Notes: generated by a model not told the origin, from the sequence alone. Positions 1 to 12,830 are shown, counted from the first letter of the stretch. The stretch: DNA of 64,000 nucleotides from Octopus sinensis (GCF_006345805.1 NC_043004.1:90830001-90894000), one strand, 5' to 3'. Program-made: numbers and translations.

Positions 1-3000
1 AGAGAAACAGGTATTGAGATTGATAGATGTATTGGAAACAATAGAAATAGATACATTGATGGAATACAAGAGCTTCAAATATGATTGATTTACTGGAAAA
101 TAAAGAAGTAGACACAATCAAATCTCTGGTAGAGTGAGAGAGCCAACTCTTCAGGTGTAACAGATATATTGAAGAACACAGCAGGAGATAGGGTGGAATG
201 CTTGCCTGACTGACAGAAAACCAGGACTTTTGCTGGGATGGATTTATTGGAGACAACAGCAGTCAGTACTGTGGAATCTTTGGAAATCTCAAAGAACCAG
301 AGCTTCAGAGTTATATTTACTGCAGAAAATAGTAGGAGGTATGATAGAATCTTTGACATAATGGTAGGGAAATAAGTCTTCAGATGTGATAGCTGTATTG
401 CATCATATAGTAGAAAATACAATATAATGATTGGCAGGCTGACAGAGAGTCAGGCCTTCACATAATAGATATAGAAGATAGCAGTGTATATATTAGAATC
501 TCTGGCAGACAGCAAGAGAACAAGGGATTGAGATATGATAGCTGCCCTTAGGAAGACAGTGGTAAGTTTAGTGGTATCTTTGGTAGAGTGAAGGAGAACA
601 TGGGCTTCAGATGTGAAAGATGTATTGAAGAAGACAGCAGTTGACAGAGTGGAATCTTTGGCTAACTAACAGAGAACTAGGACTTTAGATGTGAAGATTT
701 ATTGGAAAAGATAGCAATAGATAGAGTGGAATATTTGCTAGACTATCAGAGAATCACAGATTTTTGGAGAAAACTGCCATAGATACAGTGGAATCTTTGC
801 ATATGAACAGAAATCAAGATTTCTGTGACAGATTTATTAGAGAATATAGTTACAGGTATAGTGGAATCCTTGGCTGACAACTAAGAGCCAGGACTTCAGA
901 TGTGATAGACATGGGAGAAGACAGCAGTAGGTACAGTGGAGTCTCTAGAAAATTGAAGGAGTAATCAGAGCTTGAGATGTGATGGATATGGGAGAAGACA
1001 GTAGAATGGAATCTCCAGCAGACAGAGAATCAGGGATTAAAATGTGATTACTATACTTGGGAAGACAGCAACAAAAGTGTAATGGTGTCTTTGGCAAACT
1101 GACAGAAAACAAGGGCTTCAAAAGCGAAAGATGTATTAGAGAAGAGAAGAAAATCTACTGAGAAATTTTAGGCAAACAAACAGAGTGCTAGTGCTTCAGA
1201 CATGTTATATATTTTGTAAAAAGATAACTGCAGATGGAATAGATCATTTATTAAATAAAAAGAGAACCAGGATTTCAGATATGAAAAACTAAATGGAGAA
1301 TAAAGCAGTAGATAATGTGGAATTTTTGGCAGAAAGAGAAAGAACAAGGTCTTCAAATGTGATAGGCATAGATGAAGATATCATTGTGTATGCTGACATC
1401 TCTGTCAGACTGACAGAGGTTTGATACAAAGAGGAGAATATAGTAATGAGTACAGTAGAATCTCTGGCAAAATGACAGAGAATGAGGGTTTCAGATGTGA
1501 TGGATATGGAGAAGATAGTAGTAAGTACAATGGAATCCCTAAAAGACTGATAGGGAACCAGGACTTTAGAAGTGGTAGCAGTGGATATAATGAAATCTCT
1601 GGCTGACTGGTCGAGTATCAGGCCTTCAGATGTGATAGATTTGTTGGAGCAGATGGCACTAGCTCTGGCTGAATATTTGGCAAATTGGCAGAGTACTAGG
1701 ACTTCAGATGGGATAGATATATTGGAGAAAATATTGATAAGTACAGTACAATCTCTGGCAGACTGACTGAGTAGCAGTGCTTCAGATGTGTTTGATCTAT
1801 TAAAGATAATGGTATGTACAGAGGAATTTCTGTCACCCTGTCAGAGGACAAGGGCATTAAACATGATAGATTTTTTTGAGAGGATAGCAGCAGATAAGGT
1901 GGAATCTCTGGCAGAAGTCAAAGTACCAGAGCTTTAAGTGTATTAGATATGGATGAATATAGCAATAGGTGTAGTAGTGTCTCTGACAGACAGACACTTA
2001 AGACTTCAGATATGATAGTTGCATAAGAGGACATATAAATGTTACTGTAGAATCCCTGGTAGACTCTACAGAGGATCATCTTTATTTGAAAAGACAGCAG
2101 TAGACCCAATAGAAGTTCTAATAAGTTGATTAGGACCCAGGGCACAGATGTGATAGATATGGGAGAAGACAGCAATGGATACAATGGAGATTTATTGGAG
2201 AAAATAGCAGCAGGTACAGAGGAATCTCTGGCAGACTTTCAGAGTATCAAGAATTTTGATGTGATAGATTTCTTGGAGAAAATAGCAGTGGATACAGCCA
2301 ACTGACAGAGAACTTGTGCTTCAAATGGCATAGATTTATCAGAGAAGACAGCAGCAGATACAGTAGAGTCTTTGGAAAGCTAATAGTATGCTCTGCCTTC
2401 AGATGTAATAGATTTGTTGGAGAAGATAGCAGAAGATACAGTGCAGTTTCTGACACATAGAAGACCAGAGCTTTAGATATAATAGATATAGTATAAGATA
2501 GCATAGGCAGAGTGGAATGACAGGCAGACTCACAGAGAACCAGGGTGTCAAAGGTGTTACATATACAAGATAACAGTGGAGTTACTGGTAGACTACCAGA
2601 GAACCAGAACTTCAGATGCGATAAATTTCTTCAAGAAAATAGCAGAGAGTACAGTGGAAATTCTGGCTGAGTGACAGAGTAACAGGGTTTGAGATGTGAT
2701 AGATTTGTTGGAGTAGACAACACTAGATGCAGTGGAATCTTTGGCAAACTATCAGAGTACTGCAGCTTCAGATGTGATAGATTTATTGGAGAAGATATAG
2801 GTAGACACAGTGCTATCTCTGGCAGACTGAGAGAGGAGCAGTCTCAAATGTGATTGATCTATAGGGGAGAGTAATATATGCAGTGAAATCTCTGTTAAAT
2901 GGGAAGAGAACCAGAACTTCAGATTAGGGCTTCATTTGGGATAGATTTATGTGGGTACATATGTGTGGGTACAGTGGAATTTTTGATAGTATCTACAGAA

Positions 3001-3110
3001 GACTAATGCTTCAAATGGGATAGCACAACTTGAGAAGATAGCAGTAAATACAGTGAGGTTTCTGATGCAATAAATTTACTGGAGAGATAGCAGTAAGAGT
3101 ATCTATGAAA
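1..3110 (+). repeat. Degenerate 78-bp tandem satellite, about 40 units, truncated by the window start
   Basis: Consensus by eye GTGGAATCTCTGGCAGACTGACAGAGAACCAGGACTTCAGATGTGATAGATTTATTGGAGAAGACAGCAGTAGATACA. GTGGA anchors at 649, 726, 788, 861, 936. ORF 1572-1766 shows exact 26-aa periodicity. Confidence 0.9.
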
Positions 3111-3296
3111 CAAGCTTTATAAATTATTGTTGATTTATTAGCCATATTGAAAGTCGCTATTCTCTTGGACATCTAATTATTGTTAGAGGTTGGGTAGTGA
3201 TATTCAATAGTAACTAAAATATTGAAAGGAAGGAGGTTATTTAACTGTTACCTATGTGATCTAGTTAGTAGTGGAGGTTGTCACTGGGATGGTATA

Positions 3297-3541
3297 GTAT
3301 GCTGAGGAAAGGCGGCGAGCTAGCAGAAACGTTAGCATGCCGGGCGAAATGCTTAATGGTATTTCGTCTGCTGTTACGTTGTGAGTTCAAATTCCACCGA
3401 GGTCGACTTTGCCTTTCATCCTTTCGGGGTCGATAAATTAAGTACCAGTTACGCACTGGGGTCGATGTAATCGACTTAATACCTATGTCTGTCCTTATTT
3501 GTCCCCACTGTGTTTAGCCCCTTGTGGGTAATAAAGAAATA
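3297..3541 (+). mobile_element. SINE family B copy (tRNA-like head plus GCCTTTCATCC..GTCGATAAA..AGTACCAG central motif)
   Basis: B-box-like GAGTTCAAATTCC. Homologous copies occur at 8760, 36325, 37855, 40070, 43120, 44330-45365, 52990 and 60460. Confidence 0.8.
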
Positions 3542-3797
3542 GGTATAGTATGCTGATTAAGGAATGGAATCTGTTACATAAGTGAAAAAAATAAATGTTA
3601 GAGTTTGTTGTAGTTAGAGTATAGCAGCCAGGGTATTTAGTGTTCCAAACTAGACCTACAGTGTTTTACCTAATTTCCAATGTTCTCCACCCATCACCTT
3701 CATTACATCAGGTGAAAAATACAGTAAAAAACATCAACTTGGGAACAAGAATTGTATAGTTTTATGATCATATGTATTATTGAATAAATCAGTCCTG

Positions 3798-3897
3798 NNN
3801 NNNNNNNNNNNNNNNNNNNNNNNNNNNNNNNNNNNNNNNNNNNNNNNNNNNNNNNNNNNNNNNNNNNNNNNNNNNNNNNNNNNNNNNNNNNNNNNNN
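3798..3897. other. Assembly gap (100 N)
   Basis: Run of exactly 100 N; true length unknown. Confidence 0.99.
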
Positions 3898-5461
3898 ATG
3901 ACTGGTGTAGCAGCATAATAGTCAACTGCTACAAAGGTAAAGGGTGACGCTTTAAATACAAATAATTACAGAGGTATCAAGCTGTTGGATCAGGTAATGA
4001 AGGTTACGGAAAGGGTCATAGCCCAACTGATTAGGGAGAGAGGCAGCTTGGATGAGAAGCAGTTTGGTTTTCGTGCAGGGAAAAGTACCACTGATGCCAT
4101 ATTTCTGGTAAGACAAGCTGCAGGAGAAATACCTAGCCAAAGATAAGCCCCTGTACCTGGCTTTTGTTGACATGGAGGAGAAAGCCTTCGACAGGGTCCC
4201 CCAATCCCTTATCTGGTGGTCATGAGGAAACTAGGGATAGATGAATGGTTAGTGAGAGCTGTGTGTGAGCCATGTACAGGGACGCTGCTAGTAAGGTGAG
4301 GGTTGGCAACGAGTACAGTGAAGAATTCCGGGTAGAGGTTGGGGTCCACCAAGGTTTAGTCCTCAGACCCCTCCTATTTATCATAGTCCTCCAGGCAATT
4401 ATGGAGGAATTCAAGACAGGATGCCCCTGGGAGCTCCTCTATGCTGATGACCTTGCTCTAATTGCTGAGTCACTATCAGAACTGGAGGAGAAGTTTCAGG
4501 TGTGGAAGCATGGATTAGAATTGAAGGGCCTTAGAGTCAACCTAGCTAAAACCAAAGTCCTAATAAGTAGGAAGGTAGACAATCACAAACGCCTTCAGGT
4601 AGATGGCCCTGCTCGATCTGTAAAAAGGCGTAGGTAGAAACTCTATAAGATGACCAAGTGTAAGCTATGGACACATAAGAGGTGCAGCAATGTCAAAGGA
4701 AGGCTAACTAGGAAAATAGTTTTTGTATGTGGCAGATGCTCAGGAGCAATAAACACTGAAAATGCGCAGAGACCAACTTCTACCACATTCCAGGTTGAAA
4801 AACTAGAAATAGTTGATAGCTTCCGTTACCTAGGTGACCCAATCAGTAGCAGGGGTGGGTGTGCTGAAAGTGTAACTGCTAGAGTAAGAATAGCCTGGGC
4901 TTTAGGTCTCACCGAGGAAATGACTAGAGACCGAGACCTATGGAAGTATGCTGTGCATGAGAAGACCCGGCAGGACAAGTGAGACCATAACCCATGGCCT
5001 CTACCTGGGATGTAGCCAGTTCACGTATGCATACCTTTCCTTCTTGGGACACAAAACTCTACTTGTGAAGACCTGTTGAGGCAAGTGAGACTCAGAATCA
5101 AAATCGAAATCGATCAACATCAATGGAAATTGTAGCTGTGATACCAGTGCCGGTGGCACGTAAGCGAACCATCCGAATGTGGCCGTTGCCAGCCTCGCCT
5201 AGCCCCTGTGCCGGTGGCATGTAAAAAGCACCATCCGACCGTGGCCATTGCCAGCCCCGTATGGCACCTGTGCTGGTGGTATGCAAAAAGCACCCACTAC
5301 ACTCACAGAGTGGTTGGTGTTAGGAAGGGCATCCAGCCGTAGAAACATTGCCGGATCAGGCTGGGCCTGGTGCAGCCTTCTGGCTTCCCAGACCCCAGTT
5401 GAACCATCCAACCCATGCTAGCATGGAAAGCAGGCGCTAAATGATGATGATGATGATGATG

Positions 5462-5463
<2 letters not shown>
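3898..5463 (+). mobile_element. RTE-clade LINE, 3' part: RT pseudogene, 3' UTR and (GAT)n tail
   Basis: Motifs NNYRGIKLL, QFGF, DMEKAFDRVP, GVHQG..L.PLLF, LLYADDL, FRYLG. Frameshifts; stop at 4982. About 390 bp deleted after RIAW relative to the copy at 57-58 kb. UTR ends GCATGGAAAG..TAAA(TGA)n. Confidence 0.92.
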
Positions 5464-5498
<35 letters not shown>

Positions 5499-6139
5499 AT
5501 ATTATATATGCATACATACATATAGATATATACATAGAGGAGTGGACAGCATCCTGTGACCAGCGGTGTCAAATAGACGCCTGACGAACTGGTCGGTCAA
5601 GGTGATCAAGGTGATATATGAAAACATAAATATATATATAGACATATATATATATATATGCACACACACTCTGTAAATTTTAAAAAATTGAAATATTATC
5701 TGTATAAAGAAGGCTAAAACATAAATACTTACTGTACAAGCAACTTACATTTTTGAAATGACATTTATTTAAAAATATTTCAAAATGATTAAAATATTGT
5801 GTTTAACATAATTGAAAATAGAAACATTTACTGTAAAAAACAACTCGTATTTTTTCGTTGGCAAGTGAAAGTTACTAATGTATCTAATTCAAAGGTTAGC
5901 ACTTCTTCATTTTCAGGGTTAAGTTACTTTTGGAGTATTTTCCTATTATGCGCCATTTTTGGCTGTGTAACATTGCAAGCAAATAAGCAAGGTCGAAGTT
6001 TATTTTTAATAATATATTGATATACATATATACATACACATACACATATATATACTCACATATATCTATACACATATATATACAGATATATATATATATA
6101 CATATATAAACACACACACACATATATATATACATATAA

Positions 6140-6181
<42 letters not shown>

Positions 6182-6460
6182 TACATATACATATATAAAC
6201 ATATATACACACACACAACACACATATATATATACATATATACACACACACACATATATATATGTATATATATATATATGCATCTACATACACACATATA
6301 TATACAAGTATATATGTATAAATAAATATATATATATACACATATATTTACATGTATATATATGCATATATATATACATATACACACACACACATAATTA
6401 TAAATATACATATATATGTATATATACACACACACACACACATATATATATATAGCATAT
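5464..6460. repeat. (TA)n/(CA)n microsatellite tracts enclosing unassigned AT-rich segments
   Basis: Visible dinucleotide runs at 5464-5530, 5625-5670 and 6022-6460. Confidence 0.9.
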
Positions 6461-6714
6461 ATACAGAAAAATGTATGCGGTGATTGCTTTTTGAACAATA
6501 TATTTTCTTAAAAGCTGTTAATTAGCTACTTAGTATGGACTAAAGTCGTTGCCTTAAATACCTGCACTCTCAGTTTTGCTTCAAATGTCTGAAAATAAGT
6601 TATTTCATAAACTATAACATACAACAATGATATTCTCCTCAAGTTGTGTTTTAGCCAAAATTTTGAACTAACTGTTAGTGGTTGACATTATTTGAAGGAA
6701 AGACACCATCATCT

Positions 6715-7103
6715 CACATATCTATGCGAAACTGTTGTCTATCTTTGCTAACAACACTGAACACCTTTTTGATCTCCATGTGTCCAACACATGTGCACAT
6801 GCCTACAAAGAAAACAGCACAGCTCCCATGACTTTCGGAAACATTTTTTCACGCTCAGAGTTGCTGAAGCATGGAACAAACTGCCTGCGTCAGTTGTTGA
6901 CTGCCATGACACTGCATCCTTTAAAGCCCTCATACTTTCCGAAATCCTCCAAAACTACACCTGATTGTCCCCCTTCCATACTCATACACATATGCGTATG
7001 ACATGACTCATGCACTGTTCTTTTCCTGACGCTTGTACATTACCCTGTGTACTATACATACACTTTAGATGAGTTGTAGTGCACCTGAGCACTGTACACA
7101 ATG

Positions 7104-7158
<55 letters not shown>
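6715..7158 (+). mobile_element. CR1-group LINE 3' end with (ATT)n tail
   Basis: Translates HDFRKHFFTLRVAEAWNKLPASVV, a typical CR1 ORF2 C-terminus. Tail 7107-7158. Second copy at 35031. Confidence 0.8.
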
Positions 7159-7160
<2 letters not shown>

Positions 7161-7820
7161 AATGTTTTTAAAATATTTGACTTATGATTAAAAAAAAAAG
7201 TGTATTCAATCATTCACAAAATCACTTTTGATTAAGATTGGTTATGAATGAAAACTATTATACTGTGAAAAATATCATTCTTATTATGTCTAGCTCAATC
7301 AAAACATGATTGAAAACACATCACAAACACTTAAGGCCATTGATGTATTGCAGATCACTTTTCATTTGGTATCTGTATAGAAATAAATACGATTGATAGC
7401 AGTTATGACCTAAAACATGATTTGTATCCACAACATGATGTTACCATAAACCAGCACAGTGTTACTACATTAGTTTGACTAAATGAATTAACAGGTTATC
7501 ATGTGATTTCTCCTTAATTTTCAAATATGTAAGCAAAGATTAATTATAAATTTTATGCATATCATTGGTTCAGTTGTGGCAGTGTGGCAAGAAGCTTGCT
7601 TCCTAACCACATGGCTCTGGGTTCAGTTCCATTGTGTGGCACCTTGGGCAAGTGTCTTCTACTAGAGTGGGTTTGGTAACGAACCTGAAAGAACTTGTCA
7701 TATATATATATATGTCATATATATATATATATATATATAATAATAAATATTAGGGAATAAATCCAAATTTACAGGGAAAATCAGATTTAGGTTAAATCCA
7801 ATTTATATAGTAAATATTAT

Positions 7821-8135
7821 AATATTATTAGAGACAACCACTATTTGCAAAACAACAAGGAAAGACTTAATCAATACATAAAATTTTAATAAATAGTCAA
7901 AAAACCGCCACTACAATTGTTTCTTGTCTTGATCGACAATCTTCAGGTGGACTTCCAATAAGTCAGTTTCAAATTATTTCATAATTTGAAACTGACTTAT
8001 TGGAGTCCCCCGAAGATTGTCGATAAGACAAGAAACAATTGTAGTTGGCGGTTTTTTTGACTATAATAAAATTTTATGTATTGATTAAGTCTTTCCTTGT
8101 TTTTTTGCAAAATATGGTTTTGTCTCTATAATATT
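7821..8135. mobile_element. Foldback element (about 157-bp arms, 3-nt loop), Penelope-like pLTR remnant
   Basis: Arms 7821-7977 and 7981-8135 are reverse complements around loop TTC. Each arm carries a hammerhead motif. (TA)n on both sides. Confidence 0.8.
7908..7950 (-). ncRNA. Type I minimal hammerhead ribozyme, intact core
   Basis: Minus strand CCAC-CTGAAGA-TTGTC(GATCAA)GACAA-GAA-ACAATTGT-A-GTGG. Stem I CCAC/GTGG, stem II 5 bp, palindromic stem III, GUA cleavage triplet. Confidence 0.8.
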
Positions 8136-8452
8136 TTTTATATATATATATATAGATATATATATACATATATATTTATATATATATATATATATATATG
8201 CACACACACACACACACACACACCATATATGTATTTGTGTGTCTGTGCTTGTGCCCACCCCACCCACCATTACTTGACAACTGATGCTGGTGTGTTTACA
8301 TCCCCGTAACTTAGCAGTTTGGCCAAAAAAAAAAGACCGGAAGAATAAGTACTAGGCTTACAAAGAGTAAGTCCTGGGGTCGATTTGTTAGATTAAAGGT
8401 GGTGCTCCAGCATGGCTGCAGTCAAATGACTGAAATAAGTAAAAGAATAAAA

Positions 8453-8690
8453 GGGTTGGACGGTTCAACTGGGGTCTGGGAAGCCAGAAGGCTGCACCAG
8501 GCCCAGTCTGATCTGGCAGTGTTTCTACAGCTGGATGCCCTTCCTACCGCCAACCACTCCTAGAGTGTAGTGGGTGCTTTTTATGTGCCACCTGCACAGG
8601 TGCCAGACAAGGCTGTCAAACGGCCACGATCGGATGGTGCTTTTTACATGCCACTGGCTCGGGGGCCAGACGAGGCTGGCAATGGCCAAA
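8453..8690 (-). mobile_element. RTE 3' UTR fragment lacking the terminal tail
   Basis: GGTTGGACGGTTCAACTGGGGTCTGGGAAGCC..GGATGCCCTTCCT matches the UTR at 5290-5415. Confidence 0.85.
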
Positions 8691-8761
8691 TCAAGCAGTT
8701 GCTCATAAGTCCGAAAAAATGCACACACTAAAATCTTTTGAGTTGTAATAATTTATGGAGT

Positions 8762-8972
8762 TAAGGTGGTGAGCTGGCAGAAATGTTGGCACATCGGGCG
8801 AAATGCTTAGCATTATTTTGTCTGTATTTAAGTTCTTAGTTCAAGTTCTGCCAAGGTCGATTTTTGCCTTTCATCCTTTCAGGGTCGAAGTACCAGTTGC
8901 ATACTGGGGTCGATATAATCGTCTGGCCCTCTCCCCGCAAATTTCGGGCCTTGTGCCAAGAGTAGAAAAGAA
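8762..8972 (+). mobile_element. SINE family B copy
   Basis: GGTGGTGAGCTGGCAGAAATGTT..GCCTTTCATCCTTTCAGGGTCGA..GGCCTTGTGCC. Confidence 0.8.
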
Positions 8973-8979
8973 TAATTTA

Positions 8980-9734
8980 TGTAGTTGTTGATTATGGCCA
9001 GTCAGGGAATTACCATTGGTTTTGCACCTATAATGCTCTTAACGATATAAGTGACTTGTGAGACTTGCTGGCCAGAAGCATGTAACCTCTTTACTACTGG
9101 ATGTAGGAATACAGTCTTGGTCACTCAGAATTGTGAAAAAACCCTAGAATGAAATTCTACAAAGCAACAACCCTTCTGGGTGGTGTGGAGTTATCTCCCT
9201 TCGACAGGCTTCAGTTTCATCCAAAAAGGGTCAGTATATACATAATTTCTCTTTTCACTAAGCAACATAAATTTCCTCTCATAAGGGCACTGATTAAACC
9301 CGTCACTTTTTGAGTTTAAGAAGGCCCCCAAATCTTTGCCTTCTCAGCTGAGCAGTTTGAATCACCTACTTCCATTTAATTCTATATGGAATAATTTGTT
9401 TTAAATGCCACATGTAATTGGCCAAACACATAAAATTGAGCCTATCTGGGACCCAAAAAGAGGATGTGTGCCTGATTAGACATCATTTAAAGGGGTCTTC
9501 CATTACTCCAGTGAAAGAGATAACTCCATCTCACCCAGAAGGGATGTTGCTTAGTAGAATTTCGTTTTGGGATTTTATTCACAACCCTGACTGAGCAAGA
9601 CTGTATTCCTACATCCAGTAGTAGGGAAGCTGTGTGCACTGGCCAGCAAGTCTGATGAGTCAACTATATCGCTTAGGGCATTATAGGTGTGAAACCAATG
9701 GTAGCTTCCTGTCTAGTCATAACTAACAACTACA
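8980..9734. mobile_element. Element with about 220-bp diverged inverted arms and a 310-bp spacer, hammerhead in each arm
   Basis: Arms 8980-9202 and 9513-9734, roughly 80% identical by eye; termini TGTAGTTGTT...AACAACTACA. Confidence 0.75.
9648..9707 (+). ncRNA. Type I hammerhead ribozyme motif, intact core
   Basis: AAGT-CTGATGA-[GTCAACTATA..TATAGGTGT]-GAA-ACCAATGGT-A-GCTT. Confidence 0.7.
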
Positions 9735-9749
9735 GTAAATATATATGTA

Positions 9750-9783
<34 letters not shown>

Positions 9784-9913
9784 TGTGTGTGCATGTATGT
9801 ATTTTATAAGAGGTTGAATGTTCTTGAATCATACCTCACTATCATTTGCATAATCTTCAGTTTATAATAGAATATATATACCCTAAGTAATACACAACAC
9901 ACCACACACACAC

Positions 9914-9957
<44 letters not shown>

Positions 9958-9963
9958 ATATAT

Positions 9964-10014
<51 letters not shown>

Positions 10015-10028
10015 AAGTATATACAATA

Positions 10029-10180
10029 AGCTTCTTTCAGTTTCTGTCAACCAAATCCACTCACAAGGCTATGGTCAGCCGAGGCTATAGTAGAACACTT
10101 GTCCAAGGTGCCACGCAGTGGAAATGAACCAGAGCTATGTGGTTGGGAAGCAAGCTTCTTCAAAACTGCCCCTGTGCCTG
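10029..10180 (-). mobile_element. SINE family A head fragment
   Basis: CTTCTTTCAGTTTC..CCACTCACAAGGC..ACTTGTCCAAGGTGCCACGCAGTGG. Confidence 0.8.
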
Positions 10181-12116
<1,936 letters not shown>

Positions 12117-12361
12117 ATCATTATCATCGTTTAACGTCCACTTTCCATGCTGGCATGGGTTGGATGGTTTTCCTGTTACCAACCACTTTGTTGAGAGTGC
12201 TGAGTGTATTTTGTTGTGGTGCCAGTACTGATTTGTATATTGTTTCCATTCTTTTACTAGTCGGAGTGTATGGGGTGAATTACATACACTCCAACTAGTA
12301 AAAGAATGAAGACAATATGCAAATCAGTACTGGCACCACAACAAAATACACTCAGCACTCT
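12117..12361 (-). mobile_element. Diverged RTE 3' end whose 5' part is folded back as a 79-bp inverted duplication
   Basis: Tail CATCAT..TTTAACGTCCAC at 12117. Arms 12194-12272 and 12283-12361, loop GGGTGAATTA. Confidence 0.75.
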
Positions 12362-12610
12362 ACACATACATATATATATATATTTATAACTAATGTAGGA
12401 TAAAAATTTTTTCGGGAAAAAAAATTTATCAATGGCCAGCATATCAAAAAATACCTTTAAAGGTTAAATTTATCAATAATTTACAAAATAAGGGAAAAAG
12501 AAAAATTCTAATGCCAAATATGCCAAAAAAAAAGACAAAAATTGTCAACAACCATTATAATTTATGCGTCTCGAAACAAAGCGATAGAAATTTCTAAAAA
12601 ATCCGTTATT

Positions 12611-12667
12611 ACCGTATTGGTCCCAATTTCGGGGTTAATTCATAAGAATTTTCCTCTCTTCAGCGAT
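12611..12667 (-). ncRNA. Type I hammerhead ribozyme motif, intact core
   Basis: Minus strand ATCG-CTGAAGA-GAGG(AA AATTC TTAT GAATT AA)CCCC-GAA-ATTGG(GA)CCAAT-A-CGGT. Confidence 0.75.
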
Positions 12668-12680
12668 AAATACGTATAAA

Positions 12681-12727
<47 letters not shown>

Positions 12728-12830
12728 TGGAGTAAACACATAAATGTGAAACAAGGTGGAAAAAAGTGTACTCAAATACCAGAGGTAGAGTAATATGCTT
12801 TATTTAAAAGCAGCAGAAATTTAATAAAAG

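Larger units (their letters stand above)
7573..8452 (+). mobile_element. SINE family A copy interrupted within its internal (TA)n by a palindromic element
   Basis: Head GTGTGG..GGTTCAGTTCC..CCTTGGGCAAGTG at 7573-7700. 3' half CAGCATGGCTGCAGTCAAATGACTGAAATAAGTAAAAG at 8230-8452. Confidence 0.85.

Noticed and set aside
1-3110. Leucine-rich-repeat or helical-repeat gene from the other open frames of the 78-bp unit
   Set aside because: Does not fit LxxLxLxxN spacing, has frequent stops and frameshifts, and the PHD-like frame explains the unit better.
3798-3897. Physical continuity between the 78-bp array region and the RTE copy
   Set aside because: Separated by an assembly gap of unknown size, so adjacency cannot be used as evidence.
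5575-5625. CTGACGA...GAAA as a hammerhead
   Set aside because: No stem II closure, stem III or stem I complement.
5896-6498. Long ORFs such as [13 protein letters not shown] and HTHT here and at 10099-10664, 19537-19989, 40256-40779 and 63076-63737
   Set aside because: Translations of di- and tetranucleotide microsatellites, which lack stops by construction.
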